From Chlamydiota bacterium (GTDB lineage: Bacteria > Chlamydiota > Chlamydiia > Chlamydiales > 2-12-FULL-49-11), in NCBI GenBank assembly GCA_023269435.1, contig JAHFTJ010000001.1, positions 45,329 through 109,328 of the forward strand: a stretch of DNA of 64,000 bases, in the 5' to 3' direction. Below the pieces are notes generated by a model. The model did no database searches, had not been told where the DNA came from, and was given only the letters and a program-made list of their open reading frames with translations. This document shows, piece by piece, positions 37,089 through 45,474 of the stretch. Both the position numbers and the translations under genes were made by a program. Every line of letters starts with the position of its first letter. Position 1 is the first letter of the stretch.

Positions 37089-38483
37089 ATGGTAGATGCA
37101 AAAAAACATCAAGTGTTAAATTTGTTTCATATTGTTATGATCAATGTGATTGCGGTAGACAGCATACGAACTTTACCATTTTCTGCAGAATATGGCTTAT
37201 CATTAATTTTTTATTACGTAATTGCTATAATTATGTTTTTCATACCAAGCGCCCTTGTCTCTGCTGAACTTGGAACTGGATGGCCGCATACTGGTGGTCT
37301 TTACATATGGATTCGTGAAGCCTTTGGGCATAAAGTTGGCTTAATTATCATATGGTTAAACTGGATTTATAATTTAGCGTGGTACCCAACTATTATGACA
37401 TTAATCGCTGGGGTCTGCGCATACATATTTAATCCTGAATTAGCCGAAAATAAATTATATATAACAACCGTTATTCTTATTTTGTTTTGGTCTAGTACGT
37501 ATCTGAGTTGTCACGGAATGAAAGTCTCAAGTCTAATAAGTTCTATTGGAGCTACTATCGGCACATTAATTCCAATGGCAAGTATTATTTTGTTGTGCGC
37601 AACATATTTACTTTTTGGTCATCAATCACAAACTCCACTATCTTGGAAAGAACTCCTTCCAAGCATAGATGCACTAGATAAACTTGCTTATTTCAGTAAC
37701 GTGTTATTTGGATTAATAGGACTGGAAATGGTTGCAACTCATGCTCAAGAAATGAAACACCCACAAAAAGACTATCCGAAGGCTTTATGCCTATCGGTAT
37801 TCATTATAACAATTTCAATTATTTTGTCTTCACTTGCAATAGCAGTTATAGTCCCTCACAATAAACTCAATTTAGTCACTGGTATTTTACAAGCCTTTTC
37901 CATTATATTAAAAACTTTTAATATGCCATTTTTAATTCCATTAGTAGCTATTTGTATAATTTTAGGAAGCTTAAGTTGTGTGTCAGCATGGATTATAGGT
38001 CCAACAAAAGGAATTATGGTGGCAAGTAAAGATGGTTGCTTACCTAAGTTTTTCACAAAAACTAATAAACACAATGTTCCTACTGGAGCGCTCTTTTTGC
38101 AGGCTATAATAGTAACATTTCTTTGTCTCGTTTTTACATTGATGCCAACTGTAAATGCTTCGTTTTGGATGTTATCAATCATTACAGCTCAATTGGCAAT
38201 GATTGTTTATATAGTATTATTTGCTGCATCAATCAAATTACATTATCACAAAAAAGAAGTTAGTCGTAGTTTCAAAATACCTGGCGGCTCCATTGGCATA
38301 TGGGTAACTGCCTTACTAGGAATAAGCATAAGCCTATTTTCAATTATCGCAGGTTTTATGCCACCAAAAAACATACAAATAGACAATATATTATTTTATG
38401 AATTTTTCTTAATATTTGGAATGTTAATATTAATTTCAATTCCAATGATTCTATATAAAATTAATGCAAAATGCAAAAAATAA
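37089..38483 (+). CDS. APC-superfamily amino-acid permease/antiporter (GadC-like), paralogue 2
   Basis: 464 aa, co-linear with 20537-21946 (SAELGTGWPHTGGLYIWIREAFG...). Starts 31 nt after tRNA-Leu. Confidence 0.85.
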   Translation: MVDAKKHQVLNLFHIVMINVIAVDSIRTLPFSAEYGLSLIFYYVIAIIMFFIPSALVSAELGTGWPHTGGLYIWIREAFGHKVGLIIIWLNWIYNLAWYPTIMTLIAGVCAYIFNPELAENKLYITTVILILFWSSTYLSCHGMKVSSLISSIGATIGTLIPMASIILLCATYLLFGHQSQTPLSWKELLPSIDALDKLAYFSNVLFGLIGLEMVATHAQEMKHPQKDYPKALCLSVFIITISIILSSLAIAVIVPHNKLNLVTGILQAFSIILKTFNMPFLIPLVAICIILGSLSCVSAWIIGPTKGIMVASKDGCLPKFFTKTNKHNVPTGALFLQAIIVTFLCLVFTLMPTVNASFWMLSIITAQLAMIVYIVLFAASIKLHYHKKEVSRSFKIPGGSIGIWVTALLGISISLFSIIAGFMPPKNIQIDNILFYEFFLIFGMLILISIPMILYKINAKCKK

Positions 38484-38536
38484 TTTTATTGAAAAAGAAA
38501 TATTAATATGTAGATTAATAGTTGGAGGTATTAGTT

Positions 38537-38848
38537 ATGATACAAAAAAGCAAATACTTAGAGATTTCTACTTTCTATGTGGAAGTTGGAAGAGAGAAAG
38601 AATTTTTATCACTTTGGCAAGACGGCATATGTAAATTAACAGAAAAGATGGGTGGACACAATGTTTCTATCTATTTTAGACAAGAGACTAACGATTATCT
38701 ATTTACATCTCATTGGCCAAGTCTTGATGTCTATTTAAAATATTTTAATTCTCCTGCATTGAAAGAATGGATAGAAAAAATAAATGACATTTGTATGAAA
38801 CCAACTACTTATGAGTCATATAAAATAATAGAAGAGAGAGTAGCTTGA
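38537..38848 (+). CDS. Small ABM-like (dimeric alpha+beta barrel) protein, paralogue 1
   Basis: I prefer the ATG at 38537 with GGAGG 8 nt upstream (103 aa). The pattern LEISTFYVEVGREKEFLSLW...TSHWPSLDVYLKYFNSPALKEW fits the antibiotic-biosynthesis-monooxygenase/Dabb fold. Confidence 0.55.
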   Translation: MIQKSKYLEISTFYVEVGREKEFLSLWQDGICKLTEKMGGHNVSIYFRQETNDYLFTSHWPSLDVYLKYFNSPALKEWIEKINDICMKPTTYESYKIIEERVA

Positions 38849-38850
38849 AC

Positions 38851-39162
38851 ATGAAACACAAAGATAGCGTGCTTGTTACAACATCTTATCACCCTAAGCC
38901 TGGACTCGAAAAACAATTTGTAAGGCTTTGGAATAAAAAGCTTTGCAAATTGTCATATGAAAGCGGCGTTACTGTAGCTGGAATATACCACAACGAAGAT
39001 ACAGATGAATTTATAGCTTCTAGCCTCTGGCCAAATAAAGAACTGGTTGAGAAATTTTTAAATTCTTTAAAATGCCAACAGGCTATTGATGAAGTTAACA
39101 AGTTATGCCTAATACCAGCTTCTAGAGGGGTGTTTGAGATTCTAAAAGAAGCTGCAGCATAA
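38851..39162 (+). CDS. Small ABM-like (dimeric alpha+beta barrel) protein, paralogue 2
   Basis: 103 aa from the ATG at 38851. Co-linear with the preceding ORF (VLVTTSYHPKPGLEKQFVRLW...SSLWPNKELVEKFLNSLKCQQA). Starts 2 nt after the upstream stop. Confidence 0.55.
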   Translation: MKHKDSVLVTTSYHPKPGLEKQFVRLWNKKLCKLSYESGVTVAGIYHNEDTDEFIASSLWPNKELVEKFLNSLKCQQAIDEVNKLCLIPASRGVFEILKEAAA

Positions 39163-39337
39163 ACATTGTATACTCATGATATTTTTAATTTGAAATATGG
39201 TGAGTATATTTTTTTTATTCTTCTTATTAATTTATTTAATTTTAATTAAATTACCTATCTTATATTTCAATAGACAAGAAATAACAACACCATTACAATC
39301 TGAAGAATTTTATCTACATTATAAGGTTAAATACATT

Positions 39338-40861
39338 ATGATAAATAATTCTGATACTATTAAATTTAGTAAATGGAGAAGACGTATATGGCCATTCAAT
39401 CGTTGCGATTTAAACAAATTACTTCCTTTAATTTTAATTAAATTTTTTATTTCAATAAACTACGGCATATTCGCTTGCATGAAAGACACAATTGTTGTAA
39501 CGTCAAAAAATTCAGGAGCAGAAGTTATATCGGTCCTTAAAGGGTGGGTCGTTTTACCAGTAGCAATAATAGTAGCTATAATTTATTCAAAATTAAGTAA
39601 TATTTTAAGTAAAAAAACCCTCTTCTACACAATAATATGCGGATTTTTGTTAGTAGTTTTTATTTGCGGGTTTATTTTATATCCAAATATCGACACTTTA
39701 TCGCCAAACGACTCCGCAGATTGGTTAGTCTCTAAATTTGGCACAAAATCTGAACACTGGGTTGCTGTATATCGCAATTGGATACAGACTATCTTGTTTG
39801 TAACAGCAGAATTATGGGGAAGTGTAGTCATATTGGTTATGTTTTGGGGTTTTGCTAATGACGTAACAACAATAGATGAAGCGAAAAAATCTTATAATAT
39901 TTACATTGCAGCTGGCGATTTAGCAGCATTTTGCGTTGGTCCTATAGTCTATTTTTTTACAAAAAAACTATCTAAATTTGAATTTATTTATACATTACAA
40001 AGTTTAATTGGCGTTTCAATTATTATTGGTTTTTGCGTAATGATTGTTTATTGGTTTGCAAATAAATATTTGTTAACTGAAAAAAATTTTTTAAATCCAA
40101 ACGAATACACTCAGTCACCTCGTAAAAATAAAGAAAAACTTTCACTAAGACAAGGTTTTTCTCATTTAATGAAATCAAGATACCTTTTAGGGATAGCGAT
40201 CTTAGTGGTAGGATATGGATTAACAATAAACTTGATAGAAGTTACGTGGAAAGCTTCAGTAAAACTTATTTACTCATCACCAGCTGAATATCAAATGTTT
40301 ATAGGCAAAACAACGTCATGTGTAGGATTTTTTGCATTTATAACATCTATTTTTTTAGGTGGCAACATAATTAGACGATTTGGATGGCACGTTAGCGCGC
40401 AATTAACCCCAATTATTGTAGGAATTACAGGGGTATGTTTTTTTACACTTATATTATGCAAAAATTCATTTGAGAATTTTACTCAAAGTTTTGGATGCTC
40501 ACCCCTTTTATTTATAGTTATATTTGGAGCATTTCAAAACGTAATTAGTAAAGTAATAAAATATTCATTTTTTGACCCAACTAAAGAAATGGCATACATA
40601 CCATTAGATAAAGAAGCCAAGGTTAAAGGCAAAGCTGCGATAGACGTTGTTGGGTCAAGACTTGGTAAATCTGGAGCATCATTTATACAAATAGCCTTAA
40701 TCGATTTGATAGGCACTGGGTCTATTTTTTCAGTAACACATATTTTATTGCCAATAATAGTTGTTGTAACATTTTCTTGGATTCTATCGGTAAGATCATT
40801 AAGTAAAAAATTTGCAGAAAAACACATAGAACACAAATTATTTTTACAAAAATCTAACTAA
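39338..40861 (+). CDS. Nucleotide transporter (ATP/ADP translocase, TLC/NTT family)
   Basis: About 12 TM helices. FSKWRRRIWPF...LLPLILIKFFISINYGIF..KDTIVVT, FWGFANDVTTIDEAKKSYNIY and KYSFFDPTKEMAYIPLD...KGKAAIDVVGSRLGKSG are characteristic of PF03219 transporters. I prefer the ATG at 39338; the track starts at 39197. Confidence 0.9.
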   Translation: MINNSDTIKFSKWRRRIWPFNRCDLNKLLPLILIKFFISINYGIFACMKDTIVVTSKNSGAEVISVLKGWVVLPVAIIVAIIYSKLSNILSKKTLFYTIICGFLLVVFICGFILYPNIDTLSPNDSADWLVSKFGTKSEHWVAVYRNWIQTILFVTAELWGSVVILVMFWGFANDVTTIDEAKKSYNIYIAAGDLAAFCVGPIVYFFTKKLSKFEFIYTLQSLIGVSIIIGFCVMIVYWFANKYLLTEKNFLNPNEYTQSPRKNKEKLSLRQGFSHLMKSRYLLGIAILVVGYGLTINLIEVTWKASVKLIYSSPAEYQMFIGKTTSCVGFFAFITSIFLGGNIIRRFGWHVSAQLTPIIVGITGVCFFTLILCKNSFENFTQSFGCSPLLFIVIFGAFQNVISKVIKYSFFDPTKEMAYIPLDKEAKVKGKAAIDVVGSRLGKSGASFIQIALIDLIGTGSIFSVTHILLPIIVVVTFSWILSVRSLSKKFAEKHIEHKLFLQKSN

Positions 40862-40920
40862 TCTAAAAAAAATTTTTACTTTAAAATTTAAATATTATAT
40901 AGTATCATTTAGGGGGTACT

Positions 40921-41898
40921 ATGTATAAATTATTATTTAGTTCATTTTTCTGTTTTTCTCTTTTAAACGCTAACTCTTCAAAAGATGTTGATAAATATTC
41001 ATCTATTAGCCCAATGTTTACCGGTCCAATATTAGCGCCATCTGTAGCGACAGTAGGTCCAGGTCAGTTTTTTATAGAACCGTACTTATGGTTTAATGAT
41101 AGTATAGGCTACTACAACAATCACTGGCATCTTCATAGATCAAAAGAGGTTAGCGCCAGTATACAACAAATTATTTATACTTATTTTGGAATAAATTCGT
41201 ACATGGATTTGATATTAACACCACAGTTTACATTTAATTACGATAAATATGAGCATGAGGGGTATGCAGATTCTTGGAGAGTTAGTGATTTTCAGATTTG
41301 TTTGGATTTTCAAATTTTAAAACAGAAAAAAGATCTATTCACTCCTAATATTAAATTTAATATTACAGAGACACTTCCAATTGGAAGTTACCAACATTTG
41401 AACCCTGCAAAATTAACTAGTGACATTAGTGGCGGTGGCAGTTTTGCAACCAACATTGGTTTAGTAGTAGGCAAAAAATGGCATATATATAGAGATAGTT
41501 TTCTATCGGCAAGAACGAACGCATCGTGCTCTCTATTTACACCAGTAAGAGTTCATGGTTTAAATGCATACGGTGGCGACTCAACAACTTCCGGAACGGT
41601 TCATCCAGGAACAACCTTTAATTTCTTATTATCCGGAGAATATAATTTTTTAAAAAATTGGGCATTAGCATTGGATATATCAAATACTTGGGCGTTAAAA
41701 ACAAAATTCAATGGAATAACAGCTGATTCAATGACAAACACAGGTTCTTATATACTCAGTTTAGCTCCAGGTATTGAATATAATTACAGTGAAAATATTG
41801 GTATTCTTGGTGGTGTATGGTTTTCTGTTATTGGAAAAAATACACCTGAATTCATGAACGGAGTAATTATACTAACTTGGGGTGGATCGTTTGAATAA
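40921..41898 (+). CDS. Putative outer-membrane beta-barrel protein/porin, paralogue 1
   Basis: 325 aa with signal peptide MYKLLFSSFFCFSLLNA. Alternating amphipathic beta-strand pattern, a Gly-rich loop (SGGGSF) and an aromatic-rich C-terminal strand. Confidence 0.6.
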   Translation: MYKLLFSSFFCFSLLNANSSKDVDKYSSISPMFTGPILAPSVATVGPGQFFIEPYLWFNDSIGYYNNHWHLHRSKEVSASIQQIIYTYFGINSYMDLILTPQFTFNYDKYEHEGYADSWRVSDFQICLDFQILKQKKDLFTPNIKFNITETLPIGSYQHLNPAKLTSDISGGGSFATNIGLVVGKKWHIYRDSFLSARTNASCSLFTPVRVHGLNAYGGDSTTSGTVHPGTTFNFLLSGEYNFLKNWALALDISNTWALKTKFNGITADSMTNTGSYILSLAPGIEYNYSENIGILGGVWFSVIGKNTPEFMNGVIILTWGGSFE

Positions 41899-41949
41899 AA
41901 TTAAACGTCTATTTTTCTTTAAAAAATTAACACGATTTGATAACATGTT

Positions 41950-42939
41950 TTGTTATTAAATGGTGTTAATTTGCATAAATCTATATTTATATTTTTTTTC
42001 TGCATTGTTTATTTAAATGGTAAAAATACAGATAAAATAACTTTACATCATCCATGGTTTACTGGTTCTATATTAACTCCAAGCGCAAACATTGTAGCTA
42101 AAAATCAATTTAAAATTAAACCACACATATACAACAACAGCAGTATATGTTACTTAAACAATTATTGGCATATCAACAGATATGCAGACGCAAAAAGCAA
42201 TGTAAATTTACAATTATTAACACACATCTCTATGTCTGATTATATGGACATGATTATAACACCACAATTTTTTTTCAATCATGAAGGCAGCGTTAACAGT
42301 TTGAGAGTTGGCGATTTTACTATTGGTCTTGAGTTTCAATTATTAAAAGAAAAAATAAACACATTAACTTCTGCAATTAAATTTAACATTAGTGAAACGT
42401 TACCAATTGGAAGTTATCAATATTTAAGTGTAAAAAACATAGGAACTGATGCTAGCGGCGGCGGTAGTTTTAGCACTAATTTTGGAATAACACTAAATAA
42501 AATATGGAATATTAATAATATTAATTACTTGTCATTGACAACTAACCTAAATTGTAATCTATTCACACCTGTTAATGTCCATTATATTAACGTATATGGA
42601 GGAGATTTTACAACTAAAGGTATAGTCTATCCTGGATCAGTATTTAATATACTTGCCTCAGTTGAGTACAATCTTACTAAAAATTGGGCGATAGCGCTCG
42701 ATGGTGTAAATACAATTGCATTAAAAACTAAATTTATCGGGACTACTATAGCTCCAGTAGGGAATAAAAATCTCTCTTACATACTAAGCTTCGCACCAGC
42801 CATTGAATACAACTACAGTGCAAATATCGGAATAATTGGCGGAATTTGGTTTTATGCTACAGGTATAAATGCGTTCGATTTTTTAAACGCTGTAATAGCT
42901 GTTAATTGGTCTATTCCACATTCTGCACATGCGCATTAA
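41950..42939 (+). CDS. Putative outer-membrane beta-barrel protein/porin, paralogue 2
   Basis: 329 aa, co-linear with 40921-41898 (WFTGSILTPSA..., ETLPIGSYQYL, SGGGSFSTNFG, NWAIALDGVNT). Apparent TTG start. Confidence 0.6.
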   Translation: MLLNGVNLHKSIFIFFFCIVYLNGKNTDKITLHHPWFTGSILTPSANIVAKNQFKIKPHIYNNSSICYLNNYWHINRYADAKSNVNLQLLTHISMSDYMDMIITPQFFFNHEGSVNSLRVGDFTIGLEFQLLKEKINTLTSAIKFNISETLPIGSYQYLSVKNIGTDASGGGSFSTNFGITLNKIWNINNINYLSLTTNLNCNLFTPVNVHYINVYGGDFTTKGIVYPGSVFNILASVEYNLTKNWAIALDGVNTIALKTKFIGTTIAPVGNKNLSYILSFAPAIEYNYSANIGIIGGIWFYATGINAFDFLNAVIAVNWSIPHSAHAH

Positions 42940-43897
42940 TAAAGGACTCAATCCATGATAATATTATATTATCCATCCACCTAAATTCTTTAAAAACATT
43001 GAAACCAATGAACCCCAAATGTCCTCCATACTCTGTTTTAAAAACATCTATATTATTTGGAAGATCGATGTTATCTAGAGATGTTGATTCAATAATCGGA
43101 TCGTCTTTTGAAAATAAAATTTTAGTTGGAATGTCTATATTGCATATAACGCGCTTTGAACTGCAATGATTATAGTACTCAAATACATTACTAAAATTAG
43201 ATCTTGGAGCTATATAAAGTTCATCAAAATCATCAAGTGTTATATTTGATGGTAAATTATGATGTGGAATATCTTTAAAACGCTGGTGTAAGTAATTTAC
43301 ATGATTCATTAAAAGTCTCAAAAAATATTTAGAATAAATTTTATTGCAAGGGCGACTTATGAGTCTAGCGCTAGATAAGAGGTCTACTGGAGGACTAACC
43401 GCAATAATCCCACTTAAATATTCACTGCCAAATTTATCCAATTCGCCTGAAAGCTTTAAAGAAATGTTGGCGCCCAACGAAAATCCAACTAATACAATTG
43501 AAGAAAATGGAAAGCTACGTTTAAAATTTTTTATAACTTCCAAGACATCATCGCTGCTTCCACTGTGGTAAATGCCTTTAGCTAGCCCTTTTCCAGATCC
43601 ACATCCTTTTAAATTTATTCTCCCTACATACATTCCACTATCATAGCAACGACGCGCTATTCGCCTCATATACTGAGATTTATGAGAACCACATAGACCA
43701 TGCACTAAAAAAACTGCACCACTATGTTCACACCATCCATTTGGAATAGAAAGTTCTACGGTGATTATATCGCCATCTTTTAAATGAACATAATGTGTTT
43801 TAGACCCTATGTCCATCTCCAAATCAATAGCTGTGCCAAATATTGTTTGACAATATGAACTCTTAATTAACGGATTAAATTTTAAATAATGTTCCAT
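42911..43897 (-). CDS. Alpha/beta-fold hydrolase (YheT-like)
   Basis: 328 aa. LVHGLCGSHKSQY, the nucleophile elbow GFSLGAN, and C-terminal D/H residues (SKDDPII, GGHLGF). Its 3' end overlaps the convergent OMP gene by 29 nt. Confidence 0.75.
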   Translation of the reverse strand: MEHYLKFNPLIKSSYCQTIFGTAIDLEMDIGSKTHYVHLKDGDIITVELSIPNGWCEHSGAVFLVHGLCGSHKSQYMRRIARRCYDSGMYVGRINLKGCGSGKGLAKGIYHSGSSDDVLEVIKNFKRSFPFSSIVLVGFSLGANISLKLSGELDKFGSEYLSGIIAVSPPVDLLSSARLISRPCNKIYSKYFLRLLMNHVNYLHQRFKDIPHHNLPSNITLDDFDELYIAPRSNFSNVFEYYNHCSSKRVICNIDIPTKILFSKDDPIIESTSLDNIDLPNNIDVFKTEYGGHLGFIGFNVFKEFRWMDNIILSWIESFINAHVQNVE

Positions 43898-43987
43898 TTG
43901 TAAACTTAATTAATAACCAAATTATCATTTTTATTCATCATTAATTTAATTAAAAATAACATGTTTTGCGTTAATTACTTATAATCT

Positions 43988-44030
43988 TTTTTGAAGTAGC
44001 GTAGCGACGTCAAAAACCAACCTTCGCTAA
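43988..44030 (+). repeat. Degenerate, internally deleted remnant of the palindromic repeat element
   Basis: TTTGAAGTAGCGTAGCGACGTC is identical to 27851-27872 of copy B. It then jumps to AAAAACCAACCTTCGC, which resembles AAAAGCCAACTTTTGAG near the copy B terminus. Same orientation as copy B. Confidence 0.6.
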
Positions 44031-44090
44031 AGAGAATTTCTTTTTTGTTGTAAAATTAATCATTTTTAATTTAAAATTTTTAAAATTACT

Positions 44091-44729
44091 ATGGAGATTT
44101 ACATGAAATTTAAATCAAATCTTTGCATTTCGCTATTGTCTATTTTTATTTCAACTGCGTTGCACGCAGAAAAAAATTTTATTTTTAGTGAAGATGCTAA
44201 TAAACAATCAGCAACAATCAATACAATATCACAACACGTTCCATACCGGATCTTATCGAATAAAGACCCACAAGGAAAATCTGTAGAGATGGACGATGGT
44301 AGCATATGGGTAATATATGGATCAGATAGTTCACTAAATGTAATGAATTGGCGAATTAATGATCCAATAGTTATACATCCGACGCTGTGGCCTAAATGGG
44401 CTGGGGCTCGTTTTTTTATATATAATGAAAGGGTTAGATCTTCAGCATATGCTGAACTTTCTTTAGGGCCATTCAAAAATCGATCATCACATATACAAAT
44501 ATCAGGGATAGATTACTTCTATGGACAGATTTCAGTAATCGATGGCGTTGGAAGATCAACAAATTGGAGTATATACATGGAAGACATCAAAAAGTTGCAA
44601 TCTTGGCAATGTGGGCAAACAGTTATAATTGGATTTAATGAAAATTGTTATGCTGGTTGGTTCTCAGCTTACTCATATATTTTAATAAATACAGAAAAAA
44701 ACGATTTTATAAGGGCATCATTACTATAA
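44091..44729 (+). CDS. Hypothetical secreted protein
   Basis: 212 aa with a signal peptide (KFKSNLCISLLSIFISTALHA). No motif recognised. The start may be the ATG at 44103. Confidence 0.5.
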   Translation: MEIYMKFKSNLCISLLSIFISTALHAEKNFIFSEDANKQSATINTISQHVPYRILSNKDPQGKSVEMDDGSIWVIYGSDSSLNVMNWRINDPIVIHPTLWPKWAGARFFIYNERVRSSAYAELSLGPFKNRSSHIQISGIDYFYGQISVIDGVGRSTNWSIYMEDIKKLQSWQCGQTVIIGFNENCYAGWFSAYSYILINTEKNDFIRASLL

Positions 44730-44748
44730 AATTAAAAAGGAAATTATT

Positions 44749-45471
44749 ATGCATCAAATAAGAGAAAATCAACAAATTGGAAATGGAAATATACGTTGGT
44801 CGATAAATGAAAATACATCAAAAATTACAATTGTCGCGCTTTATATTATATCTGTAATAGGACTCTCTATGACGTGCTCACTGAGCATGGCGATTATAAT
44901 ACCATTAATAATAGGTGTGTCATTGTATGAAATATTTTTCCGTTCAACAGGAGATCGACCACAACACAATCGCAATCATTATAATATGCAATCACCAAGA
45001 AGACGTATGAGCGATCCAATTATATATTTAAATACACATGTTTCTAGAAATTACAATTATCCAATAATTCCTGACGTTCTTGATGGCATTAACCGAAATC
45101 TTAGGTTTTACCATCACCGTCAACATCAACAAACAATCGTTGCAGATCAACAACGAGCTCGCGTTGGAAATGTTGAGAACGACAGACAATTTAGTGGGGC
45201 TCCAAGCACTCTTGGTGGTATTCAAGACCAAAATCTTATATTTTATCCTCAACTTCAACAACCAGTTGAGAACGACAGACAATTTAGTGGGACTCCAAGC
45301 GCTCTTGGCGGTATTCGAGACCAAAATCTTATGTTTTCTCCTCAACTTCAACAAGCAACCGTTACAAATCAACAACGAGCTCGTGTTGGAGATGGTAATA
45401 GTTTTAGTGGTGATCCAGTTCAAAATGATGAACAAACAAACAAAAGGGCAACTGTTGGACAAAAGCAATAA
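44749..45471 (+). CDS. Inc-like membrane protein with Gln-rich tandem-repeat C-terminus
   Basis: 240 aa. Bilobed hydrophobic segment ITIVALYIISVIGLSMTCSLSMAIIIPLIIGVSLY. The C-terminus has two 31-aa repeats (VENDRQFSG.PS.LGGI.DQNL.F.PQLQQ) bracketed by QQRARVG motifs. Confidence 0.55.
   Translation: MHQIRENQQIGNGNIRWSINENTSKITIVALYIISVIGLSMTCSLSMAIIIPLIIGVSLYEIFFRSTGDRPQHNRNHYNMQSPRRRMSDPIIYLNTHVSRNYNYPIIPDVLDGINRNLRFYHHRQHQQTIVADQQRARVGNVENDRQFSGAPSTLGGIQDQNLIFYPQLQQPVENDRQFSGTPSALGGIRDQNLMFSPQLQQATVTNQQRARVGDGNSFSGDPVQNDEQTNKRATVGQKQ
45172..45357 (+). repeat. 93-bp tandem repeat x2 within 44749-45471
   Basis: 45172-45264 and 45265-45357 align with only a few substitutions. A flanking direct repeat, atcaacaacgagctcg.gttgga, occurs at about 45146 and about 45368. 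Confidence 0.9.
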
Positions 45472-45474
45472 CAA

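Noticed and set aside
36992-37267. 91-aa ORF overlapping tRNA-Leu and the 5' end of the APC permease
   Set aside because: It begins inside the tRNA gene and is out of frame with the well-supported permease. It has no motif.
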